A DNA stretch of 64,000 nt, taken from positions 496,001-560,000 of the forward strand of contig CM120641.1 of NCBI GenBank assembly GCA_051362555.1, written 5' to 3'. The DNA is from Lingula anatina. Lineage: Eukaryota > Animalia > Brachiopoda. The position numbers were made by a program, and so were the translations under genes. Below the pieces are notes generated by a model. The model was not told the DNA's origin. It saw only the letters and a program-made list of their open reading frames with translations, and did no database searches. Below are positions 27,984-41,500 of this stretch, in pieces. The first letter of the stretch is position 1; the number at the start of each line of letters is the position of its first letter.

Positions 27984-28453
27984 TCATATATATATATCAA
28001 GGACAATGTCCACATTGGGGGATGTGGTCTGAATGCCCTGTATATGAACTGAAACTCAGGAATACAGTTGGATGAAATTTTTAAAGTTAAAGATAACACC
28101 ATCTTTATACCAATAATATCAAGACTCCTGTGTGCAAATATCTGAGCTAGTTCCAAAACTTTTATCCTCATCAGAAATCTCATTAGGACTGCTGGATGAT
28201 TTTAGGTGAGAACAGCTCACTTAATTAGTACTGTGTGTGATAAATTTGTTTTTTAAAACAATTAAAATTGTTGATGAACATGCAATTGTCTGCAAGTCTT
28301 AAATGTTGTGAAATGCCATTTATTGAGTATTCATTTCATGGATAAAACATTTAAAATTGCAAATTCATCTTGTTTATTTAACATGCATAATTTTGGACAT
28401 GTAGGCATCTGCAATATAGGTTTGAAAGTGAAGCCTAATATTGGGTCGATTTT

Positions 28454-28693
28454 GAGTAGAAGTGGAAGAACAACTGAATTACCAATGCGGATATAGAAAA
28501 TCTAATTGCCTAATGACGTATGCCATTCTCATTTATCTTTTTTAAGTAAGATTTTGTCATTGTTTTGCAGCTAATTGAGTCAGTTTTGAGTATGAGTGGA
28601 AGAACAACAGAAATACCAATGCGGATGTAGAAAATCTAATTGCTTAATGGCATATGCCATTCTCATTTATCTTTTTTTATTAAGATTTTGTCA
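28454..28693. repeat. Two-copy tandem duplication, period ~134 bp
   Basis: agtggaagaacaac...taccaatgcggat.tagaaaatctaattgc...gccattctcatttatcttttt occurs twice. Confidence 0.85.
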
Positions 28694-29410
28694 GTTTTTT
28701 GCTTGAGGAGTAAGTGCTGTGTAGTAAACCCATAAAGCTTGAAATTGTAATTCAATAATAAAAAAATTACCACCCACTTGTAGATGATTGCATATATAGG
28801 AAACTGGATGGTAACTGAATTTGTAAGAGAGCGCATGTGTTGGAGTTGTCTGGGTGTTGATGAAGTGTATGTCCTTGGTGGAGGACAGAAGCACTCAAGG
28901 CCAGATGCCCTCCTTGCTAGGCAGTTTTTTAGGGGTTGCATTTATTGTTTAGGACAGGTTCTGGATAACAGTACATCCTGGGAGAGGGGCCATCTCAAAA
29001 TTGTAGGGAGGCGTGTTCTCTCAGTATGTTTACACTTCATTCTTCAGCAGTTACCTCTTAGCTTGGACCTAAATAGGTCCAAGCTCTTAGTGAGTCAACA
29101 CCCCCTCTCTCTGTAATTAAGCTTTCTGTAACTTACACAAGTGTTAACATAGGAGTTATGTTTTAGGTAGAAATGCTACTACATGTAGAACATGAACTAT
29201 CAAGATAACGAAACAATGCAGTATTTCTGTCTACTAGTATATTATTGAAACCTAACCCTTTGAAAGGAGTATTTAGTTAACGGAACTCTGTACAAAACTG
29301 GTGATATGGTCCCTTAATTAAATTAATTCAAGTGAAAATCACATGACAGACTGTCACTTGAGGTCCTATTGTTTGTCTTGACAGTTTTGATCATTTCAAC
29401 CTGGAGTATC

Positions 29411-29467
29411 ATGGGGGACAGAGCCTGCTGCAGGAACTTAGTCTTTGGCATTATTTTGCTAACATTG
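29411..29467 (+). CDS. Start/signal-peptide exon ([19 protein letters not shown])
   Basis: Acceptor tcttgacag at 29384, ATG at 29411, hydrophobic core, donor gtaggt at 29468 (phase 0). Confidence 0.7.
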
Positions 29468-32400
29468 GTAGGTACATCGCTAATTTTTTTTTTATCAGTA
29501 TTGTAATAAAAATATACATAAAGGACATCTTATTTAATGCAAGTGAGGTAAGGGTTTCAGAGGGAAAGTTTTATATTTTTGTTTTGATTGGTCAGCAATT
29601 TCAGACAAATATTTGCTTCATTTGGTATTTACTGCAGAAAATGAAATCAGTGGTTTAATTTCAATTTTGTTTTCAAAAGATATGATTAATATCCTTACTA
29701 GTTGTTAAGTATGTATATATCTGATAATTTAAGGTATGGCTATGAAACTTTGAAATCTAACTAAAAAAATAAATAAAAATAAATAAAAAAGAAAAGAAAA
29801 AAACATTTGGATTTGAATGTGTGATGTAATCAGTTTGACCAGAGCATTCAAGTTGGTTTTGTCGTGTTATAATAATACATGTAGGTTACTATAATAGGAT
29901 TATTCCACAGTATTTTTCTTCACTAACATATTTTTCTTTATTCATAATTATTTTTGTCACTTCTTTGACAGTCAGTGCACCACATTACTTATTTTAATTT
30001 GTCAACATAATGGCTTGGTTATTACATAACAGAGTTACACTGAATTCTAAATCTGCCCCTGGTATTCCACTCGGTGTGAATTAAGAGGGTATGTCTGGTG
30101 TGTGACAGCCTATGTCATCATTAGCCCACAGCCTCGCTTTGAACACTTTGGTATTTCGCTGTCATGCTTGTCTGTATTTTAATATGTTTTGGTGTATTCC
30201 AAGCACCATAACAAAATACAAGTGCAGTCATCTTATTGTGAGAAGCACCCCCCCCCCCCTTCAGTGGGCCCCAAAATATTTTGGTATTTGAGAAGGCAAA
30301 CAGTACCATTTGGTACAGTTTAGAACTATGATGCAGTTTGACATAATACTAATTTCAAGAGGGGACCATTGGTGTGATTTTTTTCAGAAATCAAAGGAGG
30401 GGGGGTGGGAGGCCAGGACCTCCTGATCCACCCTAAACCCGGCACTGAGATTTATATGTAGATGTGGTACATATTCACTATCACTGGAACAGTTTGACGC
30501 ATACCACTCCTGATTGATACATGTAAATGCCAATTATTTTATCTTTTTACTTGATATTCATTGGGAGGTTTTAATTGATGAAAATGCTAGTCATGTTTGG
30601 AAAATCAGCATGACTGGATTATTTTTCAAACGGCTTATCATACTTCTTGTGGTATTTTTCACATAGCTCTGTTGTTACATGTACTTATAACCATTCCAGA
30701 CTTTTTTCCTTTAAAAGTGATGAATCATGCTAACTAACCTGTTATTTTGGTAAACATCTATAAGAAAACAATTTCTTGTTCTCCCTGTTTTACATCAACC
30801 ACCAGGAATTGCTCTGAGAACATTGACGGAGAATGTCCGTTTGAACATAACAACCCTCATGTGACTTCACTTCAGGATACAATAACACGTGGACTGGATA
30901 ATATACATTGGACCATTTGAAAATTACAGGACAAACACACAGAAGATTTGTACTTTAAATGGGGCCACAATCCTGGTTTTAATTTATTAAGCCAAACATC
31001 TGGTTTTAAGAGTAAACGCTTAGTTAACTTGTGCCCTGGAGGTCCTTCCTCATAGTTTGGATTGTGGAGAAATTGAGAACAATTTTATTTGAAAAATATC
31101 AAAGAGTCTCTATAAATTTGATTAAGTTAAAGTTCAAAATTATTAAATCATAAATACAAGCTTGTAAATATGGGTGAAGTTGAATTTCTCATAATTTTCA
31201 TTTTCAGGAAAATAATTTTTATTTAGTAGACTCAAATGTAGCAGTATTCCCAACAGTTTTTCATTGTGAAATTGGCTCTTGGTTATACTAGTACAAAATG
31301 TTGCATTGAAATTTATCATTTTTTATACTTGATAATATGTATTTTTTTTTCAGTTTTCATCCAAGTAAACAAGTAAATATTGCCTGGCAGTGAGAACAGG
31401 CTGTATCAGGTACCTCTGTTACAGCTATATGTATATGTAGCAGGGCTGTTGTTGTTGTTGTTGCTGTTGTGTGTGTGTGTATTTGTTTACAGTGAATATC
31501 TGCAGTTATATTTCCAGCCCAACACATTGGAATGTACAGTGTAATATTGTTTGTGTGAGATACTGAAGTCAGTGGCAGTGTCCATGCAGAGCTGAATAGT
31601 GTACTTGTAGAGCATTTCTGAATTTCTGTATCAGCAATTTCCAGCAACTCTGAAACTCGGGGTTGTCACAAGCACCAGTCATGCAAGATTATTTTATTCT
31701 TGTCATTTGATAACTTTCTGTTACAACTCTTTATCTTCTAGCCTGTCTCAGTTGCTGGGTTAGGTTTTGTAGAAATCCTGTCTGTCACGCCTACTGCTGT
31801 CTCCCTGTCAAAGCTCAAAGAACAGCTTCCATGGCAGGTTGCTTTGAAGTCTGGCAGAAACCTGAGGGTTCTTGATTCCTGTCATCTTCACATGAATACA
31901 GTCACTGCGGCAGATGACCAGGATGTCATTATTAAGAATATGGAGAAGTGCAAACTGGACTTTACACATTGGAAGGTATAATCTTCATGAGTTCTGCTAC
32001 ATTGGATGATTTATTGTCGTTCCTCACTCTATAACATATACTTCAAACATATTTATCTTAATTAGCCAAAAGTTATGATAATTATTGGATAATTATGAAA
32101 AATATGTTTATCATTATTATCCAAAAATTGTTCTATGATTTGCTTACATTATAATGATAACTGAAGACCTTAAAAATATTTTTAAAAGTTTTAAAAATAA
32201 GCTGGGGGTGAAGACAGAGTGTAAATTTTTGTGTGTGATCCATGCATGTTGAAGAAAAGGTAGAATGTTGGAACAAGGTATACTGTTGTCTTTTTTTATA
32301 ATTTGTGAGGGATTACTGTGGTACATGTAAGTGGTATTTACAATAAGAACATCAATTTAGTTGTAATTACAGCCTCTTTTCATGCTATTATTAGAGCAGT

Positions 32401-35400
32401 TTGCAAGTTCTATCATATGGGCTAGTTCATGTTGTAAAAAAAAAACTTTCTTTTTTCTTGGATTGAACTCAAAGGAGGATTTTTAGTAAACCATGGTGCA
32501 ACCATTTCACCGACTGTACAAAATTTTGGTTAATTTAAAGTAAACATGAAAACACATTAAAGCTACCTGAACTGGAAGACAGGTGTGTTGATTTAAAGGC
32601 AGCAAACAGTTGTCAAATAAAATAACTTTTAACCTCTTAACAGATACAGGAGCAAAAATTAAGTAAAATAACATTTCTGGCATTTACCTGTACATCTTCT
32701 GTTGAACATGGAGCAAGTGGTTTCTTATGAATACTCGGCAATGTTTGTAGACCAAGGAACGCAGACTAAGATATTTGTAGTTAGGAGTCATATTTATATT
32801 TACGCACCCCACCTTCCAAATTGTATTTGCTCAGTCTTAAGAGGGTTTGACCATTGGATATTATTATTATTATAAAGATTAGCATTGGGTTTCCTCTGTA
32901 TAACATATGACTGTTGCACCCAGTAGAATATGAATGATGACAAAGCTTCATGTTACATAGTAAAAGTTCATGCCCAGAAGTGGTCAAGAATTAATGGACA
33001 TTGATCTGCATTCAAGATGAATTAAAAATGAGGATATGTTTACTTACTTCAGTAAGACAAAAACATTGCCCCCCCCCCTTCCCACACACCCCAGTCACAC
33101 ACCTGTTTATTGTCCTATATCCTGGATATTAGAGTGTAGGTTTTTATAAAACAACTAAATATATTACTACCTGGCTTGGGGGTATTGCAGAAAAACATTG
33201 TACACAGGTAAAAACAATCATGAATTGCACAGTGGTAAAAGCAATATTTTGTATAATAATAATAATAATACAAAATTTAAGACCCTTTTACAGCAGTATG
33301 CTATTATGGTAAAATCTGTACCAAACACTTTGAGAAGTCCTGGCTAACCTATTATTTTTTACTACACTAGCTGTTGTACAATGTATTACTCCTTTTGACA
33401 AGTTCCTCGCAAGCTTCATCCCTGCTGTTTAGTTGATTAACTGAGGTGACTCTTTTTATGTAATAGGCAGGAAAATGAGCGGCTCTCAAAGTATACCAGT
33501 ACAGGCTTTTTTTTTTTTGGGGGGGGGGGGGGGGGAGGCATCCGACATACCAGTGGACATATTAAGATTCTGTTCTTTATATACATGTAACTACATTAGT
33601 TTGAGTATACTCCGCCTTACAGATACAAGTTTTAAGCTTTATAAGTCAGCATGTGGAATTGATTTTGTTAGAATGTGACACTTTGTTTCCTTGGTAATAT
33701 AATTCCATCTTTAATACTGAATCATATCCTGGCTTGTTTATTTAATTCTTGGTAGGTATCAAATGAAACTGAAACTGAAATAAGACAAATTGGTTTATTG
33801 TTTGAAGTACCGGGTACCATTTGAAGATGCTAGCTCAGTTAGCAAGTACTTAATAATGTCAGATTTATGCTTCTAAACCTTCCCAGATATTAACATATAC
33901 TGGAGTTACAAACGGCATAACTTTTAACGAAATATTACATTGAACAAGTATTTTCTAACTACTTCACTGCATGGTGCAGTTTTAAACTTTTTATTTCTGT
34001 TGCCCGAGAGATTAATTTTGGTTGTTTTTTGGCTTGCAGATTTTATTTGCACGGTGTAAAAAATGGGTACCATTAAATTATATTCGTTACAGGACATATT
34101 TAATACCTTCATCACATAGCTATCTTTAAGGAAAGCTCCTCTTACATCATACCTATATAAAGGAAATTTTTTAGATTGCAGTCTTTTTCTTGGCAAGTAA
34201 TTGGTATTTTAATATATAATAAAAATAATGAGTTATTTCAAAATTTTAGTTTAACTATTTTTTTTCATTTCAGGAACCTCTTTATTTGGCATTTTCATCA
34301 GAAACTGATCCTGTAGCATACAACATGACACTGCCACGTCTCCTGGGGTCCTCCACACATATGGTGTGCTCTTCTAAACACTCTCCCTCTGTCCAGGTGT
34401 GTCTACGTGTCCACCTGGCGGTGCAGTGTGGAACATATTACTATGGGGACAACTGTGATGTTTACTGTCGCATACAAGAAGGAGAAGAACGTTACACTTG
34501 CGACCCAAGGACGGGGTTGAAGAAGTGTGCAAATGGCTACAGAGGATACGGCTGCATGATCAAAGGTTGGTGTAAAAATTTTAATGCTGTGCAGGACGGC
34601 TTCTGAGGGATAAAAGTAAAATGCTTTGAACTAAGAACATCTAAAGATGTTTATTTCTTTCCTGCAAATTTTTGTTTTAAGGGAGACGATGGCAGCCAGT
34701 TAATGCATTTTATTGATGGGCTTCTCTTTTTTTTACCTCAAAAGCAAAGAAGTGTCTATAAGTACTTAACTTTAAGGAGCATTATATCTATTTTTTGTCC
34801 AGATTCCTCCATCAAAAGGATCCTGATAACAAAGTTATCTGGGAAAATCAGTGACAGTTGATAAAATATTGGTAATGTGTACATTTTTGAAATATTCTTT
34901 TTTTGTTGAATTGTTTCAGACATTAGCATAAATCACCATACTGGGGCCAGGTTATTCCAGGCTGGGGACCATGAAACAATGGGTCCTTGGGTTCCAAGTT
35001 CTAGTCAAGGTTAATATTCTTAAAGGTCCACCAGTCTGACCTGATCCCTTACTTCAATACCATACATTTTTTCAGGACACTTTTCATTAAACAGTTGAGG
35101 TCAGTGGTAGTCACCATGTAAAAAACAGACTTCTTACATTATAAAGATTGCTGGAGGCATCTTCAGTGGGATATTTTAGTATTTAAAGTAAATTTCAGAT
35201 ATATTCTAGGGACCACATCAATTTTTTTGTATATTGTCCCATATACTCAAATACTCAAAATCAAAATAACCCACTGTACTTGTAAGTGTATATATCTGCT
35301 TGTTCACTTTAAATTTGAAAGTTTTGGGTATTTATTGCTCCTTCAAAACATGTACACCAATTCACCATGTAACTTTGGCCTGTTTGTTTGAAAGAAAACC

Positions 35401-35558
35401 ATGCTGCAACATGCGTTCCTTGTGATATCCATGCAGTTGTCTAATTCCTAGCTCAGACTTGATAGACGACATTTGACTTGACTCAGCAGCAGCTCTGCTA
35501 ATTGTGTGAACAAAATTTAATTTGGGATCTGCCGTGGAATATGTAATCTGTGTGAAAT

Positions 35559-35599
<41 letters not shown>

Positions 35600-38500
35600 T
35601 CAAAGGTTATAGCACCCTTCAAGGGCAGTATATATTCATTGTCAGTTGTTTTTGCAAATCAAGAGATTCAATCAACTTGTATTCACACTGCATGCTGTCT
35701 AAGGACAACTTATGTACATTCATGAGTGGATTTTGCTTTTATTTAAATTAAGCCCTTATTTGGAACTGGTTGTACATATTAATAACTAATAAATCAATGA
35801 AAATTTCTAGTCTTAACACTAGCTGAAATTTGAAGTCATGACCCATAGCATTAAGTGGGCCTTGTCTGGCTTCTGTGACTTTCTCAAAACCTGTACAGAT
35901 TACATTACCTCTATTCTACATAGTTGAAAATTCATTAAAGACATCACTGTCAAAAACAATATATAGGATGATTGATATTTGGGCAGTTAAAGTTGTTTTT
36001 AATTTTGCCAAACTCTGATGAGACTTCATGGCTCCACCTTAACTAATTGACTAGGTGTAATCAAAATAGCCATCTAAATGATTGATCAACTCAGTTGTTA
36101 ACTGCCATGGCCAGGAAGTTATTGTAATCAGTTATGGATAAATGAATTCTTCAAAATTACAGGACATGGTCTTATTGGGGTAAGTTACTGATAGTTTATC
36201 AAAATTTTAGCTAATGAATTTCCTTACTTGTATGTGGATGTAGGGGGGGGGGGGATTTGGTATAATAAATAATAATGCATATTGGGGAGACACAGTGCCA
36301 AAACTGTTATTTATGGCCCCAGTGGATCCAAACTTTTGATATCATTGTGGAATTTTATTATTTTATTTATTATTTTTTAGGGGGGCAGTCACAATGTTGT
36401 AAAAAAGTTTTGCATCCCTGGTTTTGTTCTGCATGGTTTTTCTTTTAAATGAAAAATGAGAACCAAATATCTATGTTCAAAGACAGCTACATGTAACATA
36501 TGCGATATGAATATTAATGATTGATAATTGAATGTCAGACATGCTCCCGTCATGAGATCTCCATATAAATAGAATATTGTTGGGAATTGGCATTTATGTA
36601 TGTCTATGCATTCAGCCTAGAAATCTGAGAATAACCTAGGATTGCAAAAGTAGCCAGGCCCCTCATGTCCAGTTGTGAAGGTCAGTATCAACTTGACCTT
36701 TTAAATTATCCTGCTGTGGTATACAAAGTTGATTGCACATGTACTTTTACTGATATATTATGTAATTGGCAGAGTTTCTGTTCTTTTCATAGAATGTAAA
36801 CTATAACCATTTTTTGTCTATTTTGTATAGTTCAACATCAAAAAGCATCTGATCTGTATTTTAGTTGTACCCATCTGTCAGATCAAAACGCTACTGATGG
36901 ATGATGGGGGGGGGGGGGGGGAGGGGAGGGGGGGGGGCATGGGGGTTTGCCCTACTAGAGTACCTCCAAGCTTCTCACTTAAAGGAAAAAACATGCAGAA
37001 CAAAACCAGGGCTACAATACAATTTTACAACATTGTGATTACTCAAGAAAAAAAAACCAATAGTCTACATTATGTGGAATAAACACATGAATGATTATAT
37101 GACTGTGCACAGCCGTACAAGAACATTGAACAATAATGAATTAAAGAACACAGGAAATTAAGTTGTAGATCAATTGAGGAGAAATGTGACAAGATGTTTT
37201 TACTGCTTTTACCCTGTATGTGCTACCCAGAGCTTTCTACAGCTCACTCCAGATACTGTGACACATCGAGATTGGTGTGACATTTAAAAAAAATCTTTTT
37301 GATATATTTAATTTTGTCAGTTTCATGCATTTAGCTATTTCAAACAGGGCTGGTTGAGGATAAATTATTCAACCTAAAAACTTTTTATTTTGCAGAAATC
37401 TAAAAATTGTAAAAACAATTAAGTATCAATATTTAACATTAGTATTAAAATATTATTGCTGGCATTGTGTGCACATGTCATGTAAACTACACACTGCATG
37501 AAGGAAGTACAATTTGATGGGAGTTATAGTTTCCAACTTTGGTGATAAGTTTGTCCTGGCAGTTTAATCTCTGTGTAAGATCACTGGATGACCAAAGTCA
37601 AATTGTGGATATAAAAGCTTTAAAATATCAATGTTTTTCAGCATTTGATAGTGATACCACCTTAGGGCTTTCTAGTGTTTGGGATAAATATACAAATATT
37701 AGTGACAGATCTGGGCAGAGACACAGAAACCAGCAAAATAGCAACAGATGTAGAAAACATTGAACAATATGAATAAAGAACAATGAAATTAAGTTGGAGA
37801 TCAATTGAGGAAAAATGTGACAAGATGTTTTTACTGCTTTTACCCTGTATATGTAACAAGTGAATCTTCAACTACTTCAGCTGTCACGTTTAGAGATTCC
37901 ACAATTAAATGAAATGTGCATTTAAAGTGGATTTTAGTTGACATCAAAGAGAAACTTGCTGGTTAAAATTATCAATTCATAAGAACTTGCTTGTACATGT
38001 AGTACAATAAATAAATATTAAACAGATATATCAACAAAAGTGGCAAATGGGCTTACCTTCTCCTTGGTGATTTAACTACTCTTTAAGGTCAATACTTTGT
38101 CCAGAAATAAAAATTCTGAGAGCTCACTGTTTACTGAAATAAAGTTGCCCTATTGCACAATTTCATATCTGCCCTGGCATCAAATTATAATAAAATTGAA
38201 TCAAATTTGTTCAAGTATACTTGCCTCTATTGATTGATTCCTCTGTATATTTTCATGCTAAGACTAGCTCTCAAGGAAAAAGGACAGGTGTGAAATTTCA
38301 CATCTCTTCCTCAGGTGCGTGAGTCTGACTGCTGGTTTCTGTAGAGAAGTTCTGGTAATTTGGCCTGCCCTCTGCAGAGAGAGAGATAAGTGCTACCAAT
38401 GATAATGTAATCAGTAATGCTCTTTTCTGCTATGTTGTTTTCAGTGGTAATCTGTCAGCAATGAATATCTTATTATAAATCTGTCGGTCCCCAGCGGAGC

Positions 38501-41500
38501 TCTTGATTAGTTTGCTGATTAGAACTCACATGAGAACACTGCCAGAATACAATAGACATAAGACATCAAGGTGTGAGATATCAGTTAACAAAACATTTAT
38601 TGATTCAAACTATTATTACTGAATAATTAATACATACAATCACGAATTCAATACCAATTATGAGGAACAAAAGTGGTTGAGATTGGCCTAGGGCTCATTC
38701 ACATCCGATCCAACTCCGCAGCCAGACCCTCACTGGATCATACAATCAGGTTAACAGACTAAGATGCTGCCTCCTGGTATTGAGTAGAATATAGAAAATC
38801 TGGTGATAATACCAGAATGTTGGAAACAACAGGGGGCATGCTTACCTGTTAAACTTATTGCATTCAGCAAGAGTCCTCACAGAGTTGGATTGATCTTCGT
38901 AGGTTGATACTTTCATTGGAAATGAGCCCTAATTGTGCTGCTTGGATTTAGAGGGCCTTTGTATAACTGTCGGGACACAGCTTAGAATATCAATATTCTG
39001 AGAGCTTCAACAAAAAATGGATATCAAATTTTTATCAATATTGTTTTCCAGATTCCCAACACATATACAAGTTGTCTTTTTTTTTTTTTTTGCTGTTGAT
39101 TGACACTGTTTATGGCATTATGTGTTTCATTATCCAGTCAAGCATACAGTACCTGATATGATCTACTATTACATGGGAAGCCTTTAAGTATGTAATGTTG
39201 TATACTTATCAAATTTTCAGTATGCTGAATCATTAGGCTAGGCAAAAATACAGGAGGTTCTTGCAGAACTGAAGTCAGCTTTTTATTTTGTGTTGGATGC
39301 ATTTGTTACAGAGTGCGTTCCATGTGGTTGATATTAAGACCAGTTAAATCCACACCTGTGGTGACTGAATGAAAGTAATTTTTCTCCAAGCAATTCATTT
39401 TTTATCCACAACTAAATGTTACGTTATTTTTGGATGTACATGTACGAGAAGTAATCACATTTATTTCCCCTCTAGAAATCACATAAAGGGGAAAAAAGGC
39501 AAATTGTTTATTTTGCCATTTCTTAATTGTACTAGTGGCTTGTCTTGCCTTCAGTGTGGTATTTCAGTCTTCTTTGGAGCTCAGTTTCAACTCGGTAGGT
39601 TCTTGCCATTATATCCTATATCCATCTAGGTAAATGGCAGAGCTCTGGGGGCACATTGCCCAGAGTTAAATACAGAACAGTGAGGCAGTTTGGTACAATT
39701 GTTCTATCAGAAATGTTGTAGTGGCCCCAGTGTGGATATGATATTGTGATGAATGTCTGTTTTGAGGTCTGACTTGATGTAAATGTTTATCATTAATTCT
39801 CTGTAGTGAAGTTAGAGGTGAGTGGCTGCTAAGAACCCCTTTTTATCATGGGTAGGAATATCATTTTATGATTACAGTTCTCCCAACACCAAACCAATTT
39901 GAATTAACAATAAAAGTAAGAAAATGGGAAGATTTAATTAGCAGAAGTGTGTTTACAATGAAAATAATACTTGGATACATGGATATGCATTTATCTAATA
40001 TATGATTTAACTAGTACATGTATATATAGGAGGTATAATTTGCTTAATATCTTTATGCTTTAACGGAAATGTTTTTAAGATAGTTGTCAATTTCTGGTAA
40101 AGCAATATCTATATTCTGGTCTGTAAACTTGCTATTTCATGATTTTATTAGGAGTGGGTGGTAACTGGCTCTTGAATAGTACATATGTTTTATAGCTAAA
40201 TATTGGGCCCATCATACTCATTTAGAATTTCCATCTTAATGGTCAGAATTTAGTACTTTGAAGGGAATATGCTTGGCCTATCGACAGAAACAATATTATT
40301 ATAGTGGAATTCTCAACTAAGCATCCAGCAGTGACCGCGGTTGCCTATATATAAGGTAGAACCAGGATTCCAGGCTCAGTATTTTATAGCCATTCATTCA
40401 CACCATACTTAATTCCCAGCACTACTTGATAGCTCTGGTCTATTTATTGTGTTGATATTTTGATTTATATTTATTGCTTTGGTAGTGCAGTGTATACTCC
40501 TGGTATACTAATTCCTATCACGATTTTAAGACTAGGTTCACATACCTAGATTGATCTAACAGGATCGATCCATCTCCGAAGGGTTTCTCACAAAATTGCA
40601 TTCAGCTGAAGCCGCTTAATTAGATGTCTGGCACACCTTCTGAAGCTGCTAAATGATAATGAATTACCCCTAGTAGCTTCAGTCGGCATGACAGTTATCT
40701 TAGCCCCTTAAGTTGATTGCAATTTAGCAAGAATCCCCTTGGAGATAGATTGATCCACAGTTAGTACGATGGCGTCTGGGAATGGTCCCTATAAGTGTAA
40801 TTGCTGGGTTGTGCAATAATTTAAGCCTTCAGGTTTTTTATGTAACCGTACTCTGGTATACCCTGTATCATATATGTTATAGTTACAAAGATATGCATAG
40901 CCTTTGCATACTTCAGTATACCCACCATGCAGTCTCTGTTCGTTAGATGTAAAATGGATAACTAAATTATACACAGAAACCTACAGGGAAGACAAGTTAT
41001 TTGGCTTTAATCTTAAAACTTCTTTGATCACAAACATGATCAGTTCTAAGGAATCACTGCAATGTACAAGTGGAAATATCACATTATTCCAAGAATGAAT
41101 CTTCTCGCATGTACGGCCTATGTTTAGTGATATGGTCCTCAGGCCAAAACCTGGAATTTTGTTTTATATTTTAGTCTGAGAGTTTGATAATGTTAATATA
41201 TTTGTAGATAGTTCTGCCAATAATGCAAGTAAAATTAGGGCCTTAATAATTAGATTTTATGAATGTTTGTATTATGTATCCATTAATGTTTTAGGGAAAT
41301 TGGTTTTGGCACAGATTTATAATTATTAAGTTTTGCAAATGTGTAAAAGGAATGTAGATTGTTAATGCTTCCAAATATACACACAGTATTGTGTTAAGTT
41401 GTGAAAATAGACTTGTAAAAATAGATAAATCCATATTTAATACTTACATTAATGCAAAAGTAGTAGAAAATTGCAAATGATCTGAAGCACTCTAAGAGAA

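Noticed and set aside
35560-35598. Poly-Pro/poly-Gly ORFs over a long C run
   Set aside because: Intronic homopolymer; no splice signals or coding context.
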